Source: an uncultured Pseudobutyrivibrio sp.
Lineage (GTDB): Bacteria; Bacillota; Clostridia; Lachnospirales; Lachnospiraceae
Assembly (NCBI GenBank): GCA_902775195.1
Contig: CACYLQ010000001.1
Location: forward strand, 21,253 to 85,252
Direction: 5' to 3'
DNA: 64,000 nucleotides
The translations under genes were made by a program, and so were the position numbers. The notes under the pieces are model-generated. The model was given only the letters and a program-made list of their open reading frames with translations. It was not told the DNA's origin and searched no databases. Below are positions 1 to 9,858 of the stretch, one piece after another (the stretch's first letter is position 1; the number at the start of each line of letters is the position of its first letter).

Positions 1-1
1 C

Positions 2-1405
2 CATTATTTTGGAACCATCAAGCCAAGAGTTTCGGCATTTATGAAGGAGCTTGATGAAGAGCTTTGGAAGCTTGGTGTTCTTGCAAAGACAAAGCATAAC
101 GAGGTAGCACCAGCACAGCATGAGCTTGCACCTGTTTATTCAACAACAAATATCGCAACGGACCATAATCAGCTTACTATGGAGATGATGAAGGTAGTTG
201 CAAAAAGACATGGTATGACTTGCCTACTACACGAAAAGCCATTTGCAGGAGTTAATGGTTCAGGTAAGCATAACAACTGGTCGATTTCGACTGATACCGG
301 AGTAAACCTGTTAGAACCAGGTGCTACTCCTTCCCATAACACACAGTTCTTATTATTCCTTACAGCGGTCATTAAGGCTGTAGATGAATATCAGGAGTTG
401 CTCCGTGTATCGGTAGCTTCTGCTGGAAATGATCATAGACTTGGTGCAAACGAAGCGCCACCAGCAATCATATCAATGTTCCTTGGAGATGAGCTAGAGG
501 CTATTGTTGAATCAATCATTGATGGAACTGATTATGAGGATATTAAAAAGAAAAAGATGTCTGTAGGTGCAACAGTAATCCCAAGCATTTCGCAGGATAC
601 AACAGATAGAAACAGGACATCACCATTTGCATTTACAGGTAATAAATTTGAATTTAGATCCCTTGGTTCATCAGCATCTATCTCTGGACCAAACGTAATC
701 TTAAATACAATTGTGGCTGAGGAACTTGATAAGTTCTCTGATGAGCTAGAAAAGGCAGCAGATTTTGAAAAGGCCTTAGCAGAGCTTTTAAAGAGAGAGC
801 TTACAGCACATAAACGAATTATCTTTAACGGAAACGGTTATTCAGATGAATGGGTTAAGGAAGCTGAAAGAAGAGGACTTAAGAACCTTAAATCTACAGT
901 AGATGCACTTCCTGCTTTCGTCGATAAAAAGGCTATTGATGTATTTACAAAGCATAACGTATTTACGGAACAGGAGCTTTACAGCCGTTATGATATTCAG
1001 CTTGAAAATTACTATAAGGTAATCGACATCGAAGCTCTTACAATGGATGCCATGGTAAAGAAGAACATTATGGCAGCTGCAAACGATTATCAGTATTCAC
1101 TTGCTGAAACATTAAATGCAAAGGCTGCTACAGGAATTGATGTTGATTCCACTGTAGAGACAAAGAGATTAAAGCAGGCATCTAAGCTTACATTCACGAT
1201 GGATGAAAGATTAGAAAAGCTTGAGGCCGATATAGAAAAGGCCAAGGAATTAGAGGATACCTACGAGCTTGCTAAGTTCCATCATGATGTTATTTTTGCA
1301 GATATGAATGAACTTAGAGAAGTGGTGGATGAGCTGGAAACAGTAGTGCCAAGTGACATCTGGCCTTATCCAACCTATGGAGAGATTCTTTATTCAGTAA
1401 AATAA
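2..1405 (+). CDS. glnA: Glutamine synthetase type III (GlnN), 5'-truncated by the window edge
   Basis: Open frame from position 2 (HYFGTIKPRVSAFM...). GS motifs HNEVAPAQHE, EKPFAGVNGSGKHNNWS, RLGANEAPP, DRNRTSPFAFTGNKFEFR and the GSIII C-terminus WPYPTYGEIL. Confidence 0.93.
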   Translation, partial: HYFGTIKPRVSAFMKELDEELWKLGVLAKTKHNEVAPAQHELAPVYSTTNIATDHNQLTMEMMKVVAKRHGMTCLLHEKPFAGVNGSGKHNNWSISTDTGVNLLEPGATPSHNTQFLLFLTAVIKAVDEYQELLRVSVASAGNDHRLGANEAPPAIISMFLGDELEAIVESIIDGTDYEDIKKKKMSVGATVIPSISQDTTDRNRTSPFAFTGNKFEFRSLGSSASISGPNVILNTIVAEELDKFSDELEKAADFEKALAELLKRELTAHKRIIFNGNGYSDEWVKEAERRGLKNLKSTVDALPAFVDKKAIDVFTKHNVFTEQELYSRYDIQLENYYKVIDIEALTMDAMVKKNIMAAANDYQYSLAETLNAKAATGIDVDSTVETKRLKQASKLTFTMDERLEKLEADIEKAKELEDTYELAKFHHDVIFADMNELREVVDELETVVPSDIWPYPTYGEILYSVK

Positions 1406-1420
1406 TAAAATAGTTACGCA

Positions 1421-1455
1421 ATGGGGCGTAGTTCACAATGTGAACTGCGCCCCAT
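1421..1455 (+). terminator. Intergenic 16-bp stem-loop (terminator or mRNA-stabilising hairpin)
   Basis: ATGGGGCGTAGTTCAC-AAT-GTGAACTGCGCCCCAT with one G-U pair; only a short T run follows. Confidence 0.55.
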
Positions 1456-1482
1456 TTAATATATATAAAGGAGGATTTGAAT

Positions 1483-3228
1483 ATGGAAGATTATTCAAGC
1501 ATGCTATTTGGCGTATGGTTTTTAATTGGCGCAGCCTTAGTATTTTGGATGCAGGCTGGTTTTGCAATGGTGGAGGCTGGATTTACCAGAGCAAAAAATA
1601 CTGGAAATATCATAATGAAAAATCTTATGGATTTTTGTATTGGTACAGTAATGTTTATTATTTTAGGCTTTGGTCTTATGTTTGGTGAGAATGCTTTCTT
1701 TGGTCTTGTTGGAAAGCCTTCCCTTCAGGTATTTACAGATTATGCCAGCTTTGATTGGAGTAACTTTGTATTTAACCTGGTATTTTGTGCTACAACAGCA
1801 ACAATCGTAAGTGGTGCTATGGCTGAGCGTACAAAGTTCATTAGCTACTGTATTTATTCAGGTATCATTTCACTAGTAATCTACCCAATCGAGGCACACT
1901 GGATTTGGGGAGGCGGCTGGCTTTCTGCTATTGGCTTCCACGATTTCGCAGGTAGCTGTGCCATCCATATGGTAGGTGGTATTTGTGCCCTTGTTGGAGC
2001 TAAAATCTTAGGACCTAGAATTGGTAAGTTTAATCATGACAGCAAGGGAAAAATTACAAAGGTAAATGCATTCCCAGGTCATAACATTGCACTTGGAGCA
2101 CTTGGTGTATTTATCCTTTGGCTTGGCTGGTATGGATTTAATGGTGCTGCTGCAACATCTGTAGAACAGCTTGCATCTATATTTGTTACAACAACAATCG
2201 CCCCTGCAGTTGCTACATGCACAACAATGGCTTTCACATGGATTAAATTTGGTAAGCCAGATGTATCAATGTCACTTAATGCTTCACTTGCAGGACTTGT
2301 AGCAATCACTGCCCCATGCGACGTTACAGATGCACTTGGTGCAATCATCATTGGTATTGTTTCAGGTTTCCTCGTAGTATTTGGCGTATGGCTTCTTGAT
2401 TATAAGCTTCGCATTGATGATCCAGTTGGAGCTGTAGCAGTTCACATGATGAACGGTATTTGGGGAACAATTGCAGTAGGATTATTTGCTACAACTTCAG
2501 CTCCTGACAGTACACTTACAGGTCTTTTTTATGGAGGAGGATTTAAGCTTCTTGGAATTCAGCTTATAGGTGTTGTTTCAGTAGGTGCCTGGGCAGCAGT
2601 AACAATTACTATCGCATTTACGTTAATCAAAAATACTATTGGTCTTCGTGCATCAGCAGAAGAGGAAATTGTAGGTCTTGATAGAACAGAGCATGGACTT
2701 CCATCAGCATATTCTGGATTCAACATGCTTGAGGATGATTTCGATACAGATGAATATGATGATGAGACAGCAACACTTATTACAGATACATTAGAGGCTG
2801 CTGGTCTTGCATCTATGGATGAGGCAGTTGAGGTTGAGTACACACCTTCGCAGATTACAGCTGCAGGAAAGCCTAGAATGACAAAGGTAGAAATCCTTTG
2901 CAAGGAGCGTAACCTTGAGAAGCTTAAGAATGCTCTTATGAAGCTTGGTATCACAGGTATGACAGTATCCCATGTAATGGGCTGTGGCGTTCAGAAGGGT
3001 GCACCTGAATATTATAGAGGTGTTGCTTTAGAGCCTGCACTTCTTCCAAAGATTAGAGTGGATGTTGTTGTATGTAAGGTTCCAGTTAAGGATGTTATTG
3101 AAACTGCAAAGAAGGTTCTTTATACAGGTCACATCGGTGATGGTAAAATCTTCGTATATGATGTAGAGCAGGTTGTTAAAATCAGAACTGGTGAAGAGGA
3201 TTTCGCAGCTCTTCAGGATGTAGAATAA
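1483..3228 (+). CDS. amtB: Ammonium transporter AmtB fused to a C-terminal P-II (GlnK/GlnB) domain
   Basis: Amt motifs MQAGFAMVEAG, TIVSGAMAER, DFAGSCAIHMVGG, GWYGFN, DDPVGAVAVH. C-terminal PII motifs GCGVQKG..YRG and TGHIGDGKIFV. RBS AAGGAGG before ATG 1483. Confidence 0.93.
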   Translation: MEDYSSMLFGVWFLIGAALVFWMQAGFAMVEAGFTRAKNTGNIIMKNLMDFCIGTVMFIILGFGLMFGENAFFGLVGKPSLQVFTDYASFDWSNFVFNLVFCATTATIVSGAMAERTKFISYCIYSGIISLVIYPIEAHWIWGGGWLSAIGFHDFAGSCAIHMVGGICALVGAKILGPRIGKFNHDSKGKITKVNAFPGHNIALGALGVFILWLGWYGFNGAAATSVEQLASIFVTTTIAPAVATCTTMAFTWIKFGKPDVSMSLNASLAGLVAITAPCDVTDALGAIIIGIVSGFLVVFGVWLLDYKLRIDDPVGAVAVHMMNGIWGTIAVGLFATTSAPDSTLTGLFYGGGFKLLGIQLIGVVSVGAWAAVTITIAFTLIKNTIGLRASAEEEIVGLDRTEHGLPSAYSGFNMLEDDFDTDEYDDETATLITDTLEAAGLASMDEAVEVEYTPSQITAAGKPRMTKVEILCKERNLEKLKNALMKLGITGMTVSHVMGCGVQKGAPEYYRGVALEPALLPKIRVDVVVCKVPVKDVIETAKKVLYTGHIGDGKIFVYDVEQVVKIRTGEEDFAALQDVE

Positions 3229-3296
3229 ATTAATTGCGAAATGTTTAAAATAAGGATATTATCTATCTGAAGTAAACATATAATTAGGAGTCGACA

Positions 3297-4106
3297 TTGA
3301 TTAGGATAGATAATATTGAAGATAATAGAGTAGATATTTTTACTAAATATAATGAGGCGCAGCTTTATCACTATTTTGAGCCCAACGGAGGAGTGTTTAT
3401 TGCAGAAACTCCAGAGGTTATAAAAAGGGCTTTTAGTAGGGGAGCTGAGCCTCTAGCTTTTTTTGTAGAGGAAAAGGCTTATGAATCTGATGTAGTACAG
3501 GAATTGTTAAGTATGGCATCAGATGATGTGGATGTTTTTGTAGCAAAGCTTGAGGTTATTAACAATATCACAGGCTTTAATCTTACAAGAGGAGTTATTG
3601 CCGCTTTTAAGCGCCCAAGTCTGCCTGATGTAAGGGAATTACTTTTGGCATCAAAAAGGGTAGCTATATTGGAGGATGTTATGAATCCTACTAATGTAGG
3701 TGCTATTTTTAGATCTGCGGCGGCACTTGGAGTAGATGCAATCTTCCTTACCTACGCCAGCTCAGACCCATTTTATAGAAGAGCAGCCAGAGTAGCTATG
3801 GGAACAGTATTTCAGGTTCCATGGACTTATTTTGACAAGGATTCTGATTACGTTTCATTGCTAAAGGAGGAAGGATATTCTGTTGTATCCATGGCACTTA
3901 AGGATAATGCAATCCCTTTGTCTGATCCTGTTTTAAAGGAGCAGGAAAAGCTAGCAGTTATATTTGGAACAGAAAGCACAGGAATAAAACAGGAGACAAT
4001 TGATAATAGTGATTTTGTAACTATTATCCCTATGCATCATAATGTAGATTCATTAAATGTAGCTGCTGCAAGTGCAGTTACCTTCTGGGAGCTTTGCAAA
4101 AATTAA
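3297..4106 (+). CDS. TrmH/SpoU (SPOUT) family RNA 2'-O-methyltransferase
   Basis: LEDVMNPTNVGAIFRSAAALG, FGTESTGI, IPMHHNVDSLNVAAA motifs. Confidence 0.88.
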   Translation: MIRIDNIEDNRVDIFTKYNEAQLYHYFEPNGGVFIAETPEVIKRAFSRGAEPLAFFVEEKAYESDVVQELLSMASDDVDVFVAKLEVINNITGFNLTRGVIAAFKRPSLPDVRELLLASKRVAILEDVMNPTNVGAIFRSAAALGVDAIFLTYASSDPFYRRAARVAMGTVFQVPWTYFDKDSDYVSLLKEEGYSVVSMALKDNAIPLSDPVLKEQEKLAVIFGTESTGIKQETIDNSDFVTIIPMHHNVDSLNVAAASAVTFWELCKN

Positions 4107-4123
4107 ATATTTAGGGGGAAATA

Positions 4124-6079
4124 ATGATTTACAAATTTAAGGACTACAAGAAGCCAGAAATAATTAAGAAGCATCTTAATTTAGGCGGCGTTAACGTAAA
4201 TGGAGAAGGTATAGATGTTAACAGCCTTTATGTAGAAAAAAATGGTAAGCCATCCATGGCCATTATGGGGGAAATGCATTTTAGCAGAGTCCCTAGAGAA
4301 CAGTGGAAAACAGCACTTAGGCTGATGAAGGAGGGTGGAATAGATATTGTATCCACCTACATCATCTGGATATATCACGAGCCAGAGGAAGGAAAGCTGG
4401 ACTGGACAGGTGACAACGACCTTAGAGCCTTTGTTCTTATGGCTAAGGAGGCAGGGCTTAAGGTTTGCATCCGCATTGGCCCATGGTGTCATGGCGAGGT
4501 TAGAAATGGTGGCTTCCCTGATTGGCTTATTAATAAGGACTTAGAGCTTAGAACAAATGATGAAGAATATCTAAAGCTAGTAAAAAAATGGTATAAAGAA
4601 ATTTCAATGCAGGTTAGTGGTTTGCTATTTAAGGACGGTGGCCCTATTGAAATGTGCCAGTTAGATAATGAGCTTACAGATAATGCTGAGCATCTGCTTA
4701 CACTTAAAAACATAGCTAAGGAAGTAGGAATAGATGTACCTATTTTTACAGTCACCGGCTGGAACAGTGTAAATGGTGCCAAGATTCCTGTTGATGATGT
4801 AATCCCAGCATTTGGAGGGTATTGTGATGCACCATGGGATGAAGGAACAGGAAAGCTTCCTCCATGCGCAAGATACTATTTTACTGGCATAAGAAATGAT
4901 TCTGCTATTGGTAAGGATTTAATAAAGGCGTTAGAAGAGGATAGCTGGCAATTGCCTTATGACCGCTATCCGTATTTTACCTGTGAAATCGGGGCAGGTC
5001 TTATGAACACCTATCATAGACGATATCAGATTCATGGTATGGATATTTACGCAATGACACTTATCATGTTATGCGAAGGGGCTAATGTGCTAGGATATTA
5101 CATGTATCATGGTGGACTAAATAAGGTGTATCCTGACTATACGCTTCAGGAATCCAAAGCCACAGGCTATCCAAATGATTATCCAATCATCTCTTATGAT
5201 TTTCAGGCTCCAATTTCATCCTATGAGGAAACCAGAGAGTCTTACGATTTGCTTAATCTATTGCATCTATTTATACATGATTATGGAAATAAGCTTGCAA
5301 CAATGACCTATGTAGAAGCTGATAGTAATGCTGAAATAGGTGATATGAAAAAGCTCAGGTACGGAGTTAGAAGAGATGAAAATGGTGGCTTTGTTTTTAT
5401 AAATCATTATCAAAGACTTCATGACGCCCGGGATGTTTCAGATGTGGTGATAGATACAGGTGATGTGATATTTCCAGCTATTGATGTTAAGGGAGATATC
5501 AGCTTTTTCATGCCATTTAACATGAAGCTTAATGATACTGCAGTACTAAAATATGCTACAGCTCAGCCTTTATGTAAGGATAAAGACACATGGATTTTTA
5601 TGGAGCTTCCTGGTATAAAGCCTCAGTTTGAATTTGTTAATCCTGATGAAAAATGTGATATCAGACTAATCAGCCTTGAGGAAGCAAAGAAGCTTAGAAA
5701 GGTTGATGGAAGAGTATTTTATGTAGAGGAACCTGGCAAATCCATAGAAGTATTAAAGACTGCAAGAACATCAGGCTATACGCTTACAAAGCTTATAGAT
5801 GCACCTTTTGTTATTCCTGAAATGTATAAAGCTGAATTATTATATAGTAACAAAGAAATCAGCTACTATAAGCTTGAATTAGAAGATGACAGAGCTTTTA
5901 TCAATGTTGATTTGAAATGTGATGTGGTTCAGGTTTATGTAGATGGAGCTCTTGTAGAGGACGATTTTTACCATGGACTTCCATTTAGATGGCCAAGGAA
6001 AATTCTAAATGGAAAAGAAATCTATTTAGTTGCTAGTGAGTCCCAAAATTATTCATATTTTGAAGGGGATAATCAATAA
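4124..6079 (+). CDS. Glycoside hydrolase family 35 beta-galactosidase
   Basis: GEMHFSRVP, RIGPWCHGE..NGGFPDWL, GGPIEMCQLDNE, YYMYHGG.N, SYDFQAPI. Confidence 0.88.
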   Translation: MIYKFKDYKKPEIIKKHLNLGGVNVNGEGIDVNSLYVEKNGKPSMAIMGEMHFSRVPREQWKTALRLMKEGGIDIVSTYIIWIYHEPEEGKLDWTGDNDLRAFVLMAKEAGLKVCIRIGPWCHGEVRNGGFPDWLINKDLELRTNDEEYLKLVKKWYKEISMQVSGLLFKDGGPIEMCQLDNELTDNAEHLLTLKNIAKEVGIDVPIFTVTGWNSVNGAKIPVDDVIPAFGGYCDAPWDEGTGKLPPCARYYFTGIRNDSAIGKDLIKALEEDSWQLPYDRYPYFTCEIGAGLMNTYHRRYQIHGMDIYAMTLIMLCEGANVLGYYMYHGGLNKVYPDYTLQESKATGYPNDYPIISYDFQAPISSYEETRESYDLLNLLHLFIHDYGNKLATMTYVEADSNAEIGDMKKLRYGVRRDENGGFVFINHYQRLHDARDVSDVVIDTGDVIFPAIDVKGDISFFMPFNMKLNDTAVLKYATAQPLCKDKDTWIFMELPGIKPQFEFVNPDEKCDIRLISLEEAKKLRKVDGRVFYVEEPGKSIEVLKTARTSGYTLTKLIDAPFVIPEMYKAELLYSNKEISYYKLELEDDRAFINVDLKCDVVQVYVDGALVEDDFYHGLPFRWPRKILNGKEIYLVASESQNYSYFEGDNQ

Positions 6080-6202
6080 AAATAGCTAAGCTAGTGCTTG
6101 AAAATTCGGCAATTTTTATTTTGAAGACTATATTCTTTTCTCGTATAAAAATCTATATAATGTATGTAGTTGTATAGAAATACAAATAGGAGGGAATGTG
6201 TT

Positions 6203-7864
6203 ATGCGACTAAAAAGAAATTTCAAGAGAATTATTACTCTTGCAATGGCTTTTGCAATGGTATTATCCATTGGTCTTACTCCAAAGACAGCTTATGCTGC
6301 TGAAGTAAAGGCTGATGTCCGTTCAATTGCCAACGTACCAAATGATTTAAGTGGAAAGACAATTATTCTCCACACAAATGACGTGCACGGAGCTATTGAT
6401 GGCTATGCACAGGCTGCAGCTTTAAAGTATGAATTTAAGGCTAGAGGTGCTGAGGTAATCCTTGCAGACGCTGGTGATTTTAGCCAGGGTACACCATATG
6501 TAAGCACTACAAAGGGAAATGATGCTATTACAATGATGAACTTTGCAGGCTATGATGTTGCAACTCTTGGAAATCACGAATTTGATTATGGTTATGACCA
6601 GCTTAAGAGCAATCTTTCAAGAGCATGGTTCAAAACAATTTGTGCTGATGTATTAGATAAGAATGGCAAGCCAATTCTTGACCCAACATACGAATTCACA
6701 TCAGCTTCTGGTCTTAAGGTTGGTTTCTTTGGAATGGAAACACCAGAGACTCAGACAAAGGTTAACCCTGCACTTATTAAAGGAATCAAGTTCTTATCAA
6801 AGACAGAGCTTTATCCATGTGCTCAGGAACAGATTAACAAGCTTAAGGCTGACGGTTGTGATGTTATCGTTTGCTTAGCACATCTTGGTGTAGACAACGA
6901 ATCTGCTGCAGATGGACACAGAAGCGTTGACCTTTATGCTAAGACAACAGGTATCGATATTATCTTAGATGGTCATTCTCATACAGTAATGACAGCTGGT
7001 GAAAATGGTGAGCCAGTACAGTCTACAGGTACTAAATTTGAAAAAGTCGGTGTAGTTGTTATTGATAATGCAACAAAGAAAATCGAAGATAACTACCTTA
7101 TCAAGGTAGATGATGGTATTGTTAAGGCACCAGCAATTGAGGCTCTTTCAAAGTCTATTACAGATAGAGTAGATGCTGAATATGGCGTTGAATTTGCTAA
7201 GTCAGAGGTTGAATTAAATGGTAAGAAGGACCCAGGTGTTAGAACACAGGAGACAAACTTAGGAGACCTTATCACAGATGCTATTAAGTGGTCTGTACTT
7301 AAGGAAGGCGGACTTAAGGTTAAGGAAGACCATGTTGTAGCTATTACAAACGGTGGTGGTATTCGTGCTTCTATCAACGCTGGTGGAGTTACAAAGAAGG
7401 ATTTAAATACAGTACTTCCATTTGGAAACACTATTTCAGTAGTTTATATCAGCGGTGCTGATTTGCTTGAGGCTTTAGAGGCAAGCACATTCTCTACACC
7501 AGGTGCAATTGGTGGCTTCTCACAGGTTTCTGGTATTAAATATACAATCGATACATCAAAGCCATTTGCTCAGGGCGAAGCTTATCCAGCTTCAACATAC
7601 TACAAGCCAGCAGCAATCAACCGTGTAACAATTGAGAGTATTAATGGCAAGCCATTCTCAGCTACAGACAAGTATGCGGTAGTTACAAACAACTTCTGCG
7701 CAGCTGGTGGTGATACATACTATGCATTTGCAAACGCTTCAGAGCAGTTTGATACAGGTATCGTAATGGATGAAGCTGTTATGGATTTTGTTCAGACTGA
7801 ACTTAAGGGTGTTATTTCTGCTAAGGACTATGGAACAGTTCATGGCAACATTGTAATTAAATAA
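6203..7864 (+). CDS. Secreted 5'-nucleotidase / UDP-sugar hydrolase (calcineurin-like metallophosphoesterase + 5'-NT C-terminal domain)
   Basis: Signal peptide ending AYA. Motifs HTNDVHG, DAGDFSQG, GNHEFDYG, HLG, DGHSH, NGGGIR, LPFGN. RBS AGGAGG before ATG 6203. Confidence 0.9.
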   Translation: MRLKRNFKRIITLAMAFAMVLSIGLTPKTAYAAEVKADVRSIANVPNDLSGKTIILHTNDVHGAIDGYAQAAALKYEFKARGAEVILADAGDFSQGTPYVSTTKGNDAITMMNFAGYDVATLGNHEFDYGYDQLKSNLSRAWFKTICADVLDKNGKPILDPTYEFTSASGLKVGFFGMETPETQTKVNPALIKGIKFLSKTELYPCAQEQINKLKADGCDVIVCLAHLGVDNESAADGHRSVDLYAKTTGIDIILDGHSHTVMTAGENGEPVQSTGTKFEKVGVVVIDNATKKIEDNYLIKVDDGIVKAPAIEALSKSITDRVDAEYGVEFAKSEVELNGKKDPGVRTQETNLGDLITDAIKWSVLKEGGLKVKEDHVVAITNGGGIRASINAGGVTKKDLNTVLPFGNTISVVYISGADLLEALEASTFSTPGAIGGFSQVSGIKYTIDTSKPFAQGEAYPASTYYKPAAINRVTIESINGKPFSATDKYAVVTNNFCAAGGDTYYAFANASEQFDTGIVMDEAVMDFVQTELKGVISAKDYGTVHGNIVIK

Positions 7865-7873
7865 TTGATTACT

Positions 7874-7909
7874 AAAAAAGGCGGGAATCTAATAAAGATT
7901 CTCGCCTTT
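7874..7909. terminator. Bidirectional intrinsic terminator
   Basis: AAAAAAGGCGGGAATCT-aataa-AGATTCTCGCCTTT between convergent genes. Confidence 0.75.
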
Positions 7910-7911
7910 AA

Positions 7912-8988
7912 TTATGCAACGATAACTGTACTTAAATAGTTCTTGTCGATAGATAAATCGACAATGGTCTTAATGCTTGTAATTTTGATTACAGGACGAA
8001 GAGGGTAAGATTTATTCTGTCTGAGAACAGTAGCAACTTGGCCATTGCTAAGTTTAACAGTTGAACCATTAGGATAAATATTAACAACTGATAAGAAGGT
8101 TCTAAATATATCCAAATTGAATTTGTTACTCATGGCAAACATCATTTCGATTGCCTCAGCAGGGCTTTTAGCCTCTTTGTAAGGTCTTTTTGTAACAAGC
8201 GCATCATACACATCTACAATAGAAATAATCTGTGCCATCTTTCCTATTTCATTTCCAGATAATTGCCTAGGATAACCAGTGCCATCAATGTTTTCGTGAT
8301 GATTAAGAATGGCTTTTCTCATATCCTCTGATATATCATCTGAATCTACCAATAATCTGTAGCCACGAACAGGATGAGTTTTCATAAGCTCGAACTCGGT
8401 AAAGGATAGCTTTGCAGGCTTGTTTAAAATATGAAGAGGGATTTCTTCCTTTCCAATGTCGTGAAGTAAACCGGCAACAGCAATATCATTAACGAATTGT
8501 TCAGATTCACCCATGGCTTTAGCAACGATTGCGGCCATAGTACCAACATCTACAGAATGCTTGTAGGTATATTCATCACTTACCTTAAGCTTTGATAGGT
8601 TGATAGATAGTTCCTTGGAATCGTTTATTACACTACAAACCTTACTTCCTATTTCTATAACGCCGTTTGTGAGCTCTTCAACATCTTCTATATTAGAATA
8701 AAGTGTTGTAAGAGATTCAACAGCGTATTTTTTGAATGAATCATCGAAAGAAACCGAATTATCTTCTTCAGGTAACTCAGCATCGTCAGCAACAGTATTT
8801 TCTTCTATATATGTTAATGTAGCTTGAATTTTTCCTTTATAGGCGGAAAGTGACTGGAGCACATCGTCGTTTATAACTGTCATCTTAGGACAGAGAAGTG
8901 CACCAGAAGAATTATAGATATCAGTATTTAGTATAGCGCCTTTTGGAAGCTCATTTACATAACCGTAGATTTCTTTTACTTTTGTCAT
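7912..8988 (-). CDS. HD-GYP domain c-di-GMP phosphodiesterase
   Basis: YTYKHSVDV, LLHDIGK, HHENIDGTGYP, DVYDALVTKRPYK. Confidence 0.9.
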   Translation of the reverse strand: MTKVKEIYGYVNELPKGAILNTDIYNSSGALLCPKMTVINDDVLQSLSAYKGKIQATLTYIEENTVADDAELPEEDNSVSFDDSFKKYAVESLTTLYSNIEDVEELTNGVIEIGSKVCSVINDSKELSINLSKLKVSDEYTYKHSVDVGTMAAIVAKAMGESEQFVNDIAVAGLLHDIGKEEIPLHILNKPAKLSFTEFELMKTHPVRGYRLLVDSDDISEDMRKAILNHHENIDGTGYPRQLSGNEIGKMAQIISIVDVYDALVTKRPYKEAKSPAEAIEMMFAMSNKFNLDIFRTFLSVVNIYPNGSTVKLSNGQVATVLRQNKSYPLRPVIKITSIKTIVDLSIDKNYLSTVIVA

Positions 8989-9191
8989 GTAGAATACCTT
9001 TTCAATAACTCAAAAATTAACCCAAAAATATAACCAACAGGCGTTATTATAAACCTGTAGAAATGAAATGGCAATATTAAATATAACTAAATATGCATTT
9101 AGTCTTGTACAATCGATTGCATTTTGGTGAGAATAATTTTTTCACATATTTTTGTTATACTTGCATAAGAGTCGTTTAGTAGGAGGTGTCT

Positions 9192-9824
9192 ATGGCGTAT
9201 TTTCCTATGTTTTTGGATTTGACAGATGCAAATTGTTTAGTAGTTGGCGGTGATGCTGCTGCATTAAAAAAGACGAGGGCTCTTTTAGATTTTGGTGCTA
9301 AGGTTCATTTGATAGCCGATGATATTTCATTGGATATAGCAGCTCTTTCTGAAGAAACAGACCATCTGCTTTTAGAACAAAGGCAGTTTACACCTATAGA
9401 CTTACAGGAAAGAAAGCTGGTTGTGGCAGCAACAGAGGATGAAGAGCTTAACAGTCAGATTTCAATGATGTGCAAGGAAGGGGGAATTCCTGTACATATT
9501 GTTTCTGATAAGACAAAGAGTACATTTGATTTCCCTACATATCTAAAAGAACAAAATCTTGTTGGAGCTTTTTCTAGCTGTGGAAACAGTGAAGCCTTAG
9601 AAAAGTTCTTAAGAAACAAGGAAAAGGAAGTTCTTACATGGCGTCTTGGTGAATTAAATGAAATGCTAGGCCGATGGAAAGAGCCTATTAATGATTTATT
9701 CCCAAGAGAATCAAGCAGAAATAGTGCATTTGAGCAACTTATAGATTATGCTCTTTGTTATGATGGTATTCCTTCTGATGAAGAGGTGGAAGAGTTGCTT
9801 GGTGCTATTAGTATGTCCCTATAA
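9192..9824 (+). CDS. Precorrin-2 dehydrogenase / sirohydrochlorin ferrochelatase-like (SirC, CysG N-terminal domain)
   Basis: YFPMFLDL...CLVVGG, LVVAATEDEELN, FDFP; RBS AGGAGG. Confidence 0.78.
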   Translation: MAYFPMFLDLTDANCLVVGGDAAALKKTRALLDFGAKVHLIADDISLDIAALSEETDHLLLEQRQFTPIDLQERKLVVAATEDEELNSQISMMCKEGGIPVHIVSDKTKSTFDFPTYLKEQNLVGAFSSCGNSEALEKFLRNKEKEVLTWRLGELNEMLGRWKEPINDLFPRESSRNSAFEQLIDYALCYDGIPSDEEVEELLGAISMSL

Positions 9825-9858
9825 ATCATGATCGGTAAAACTATTGGAGGTATCATTC

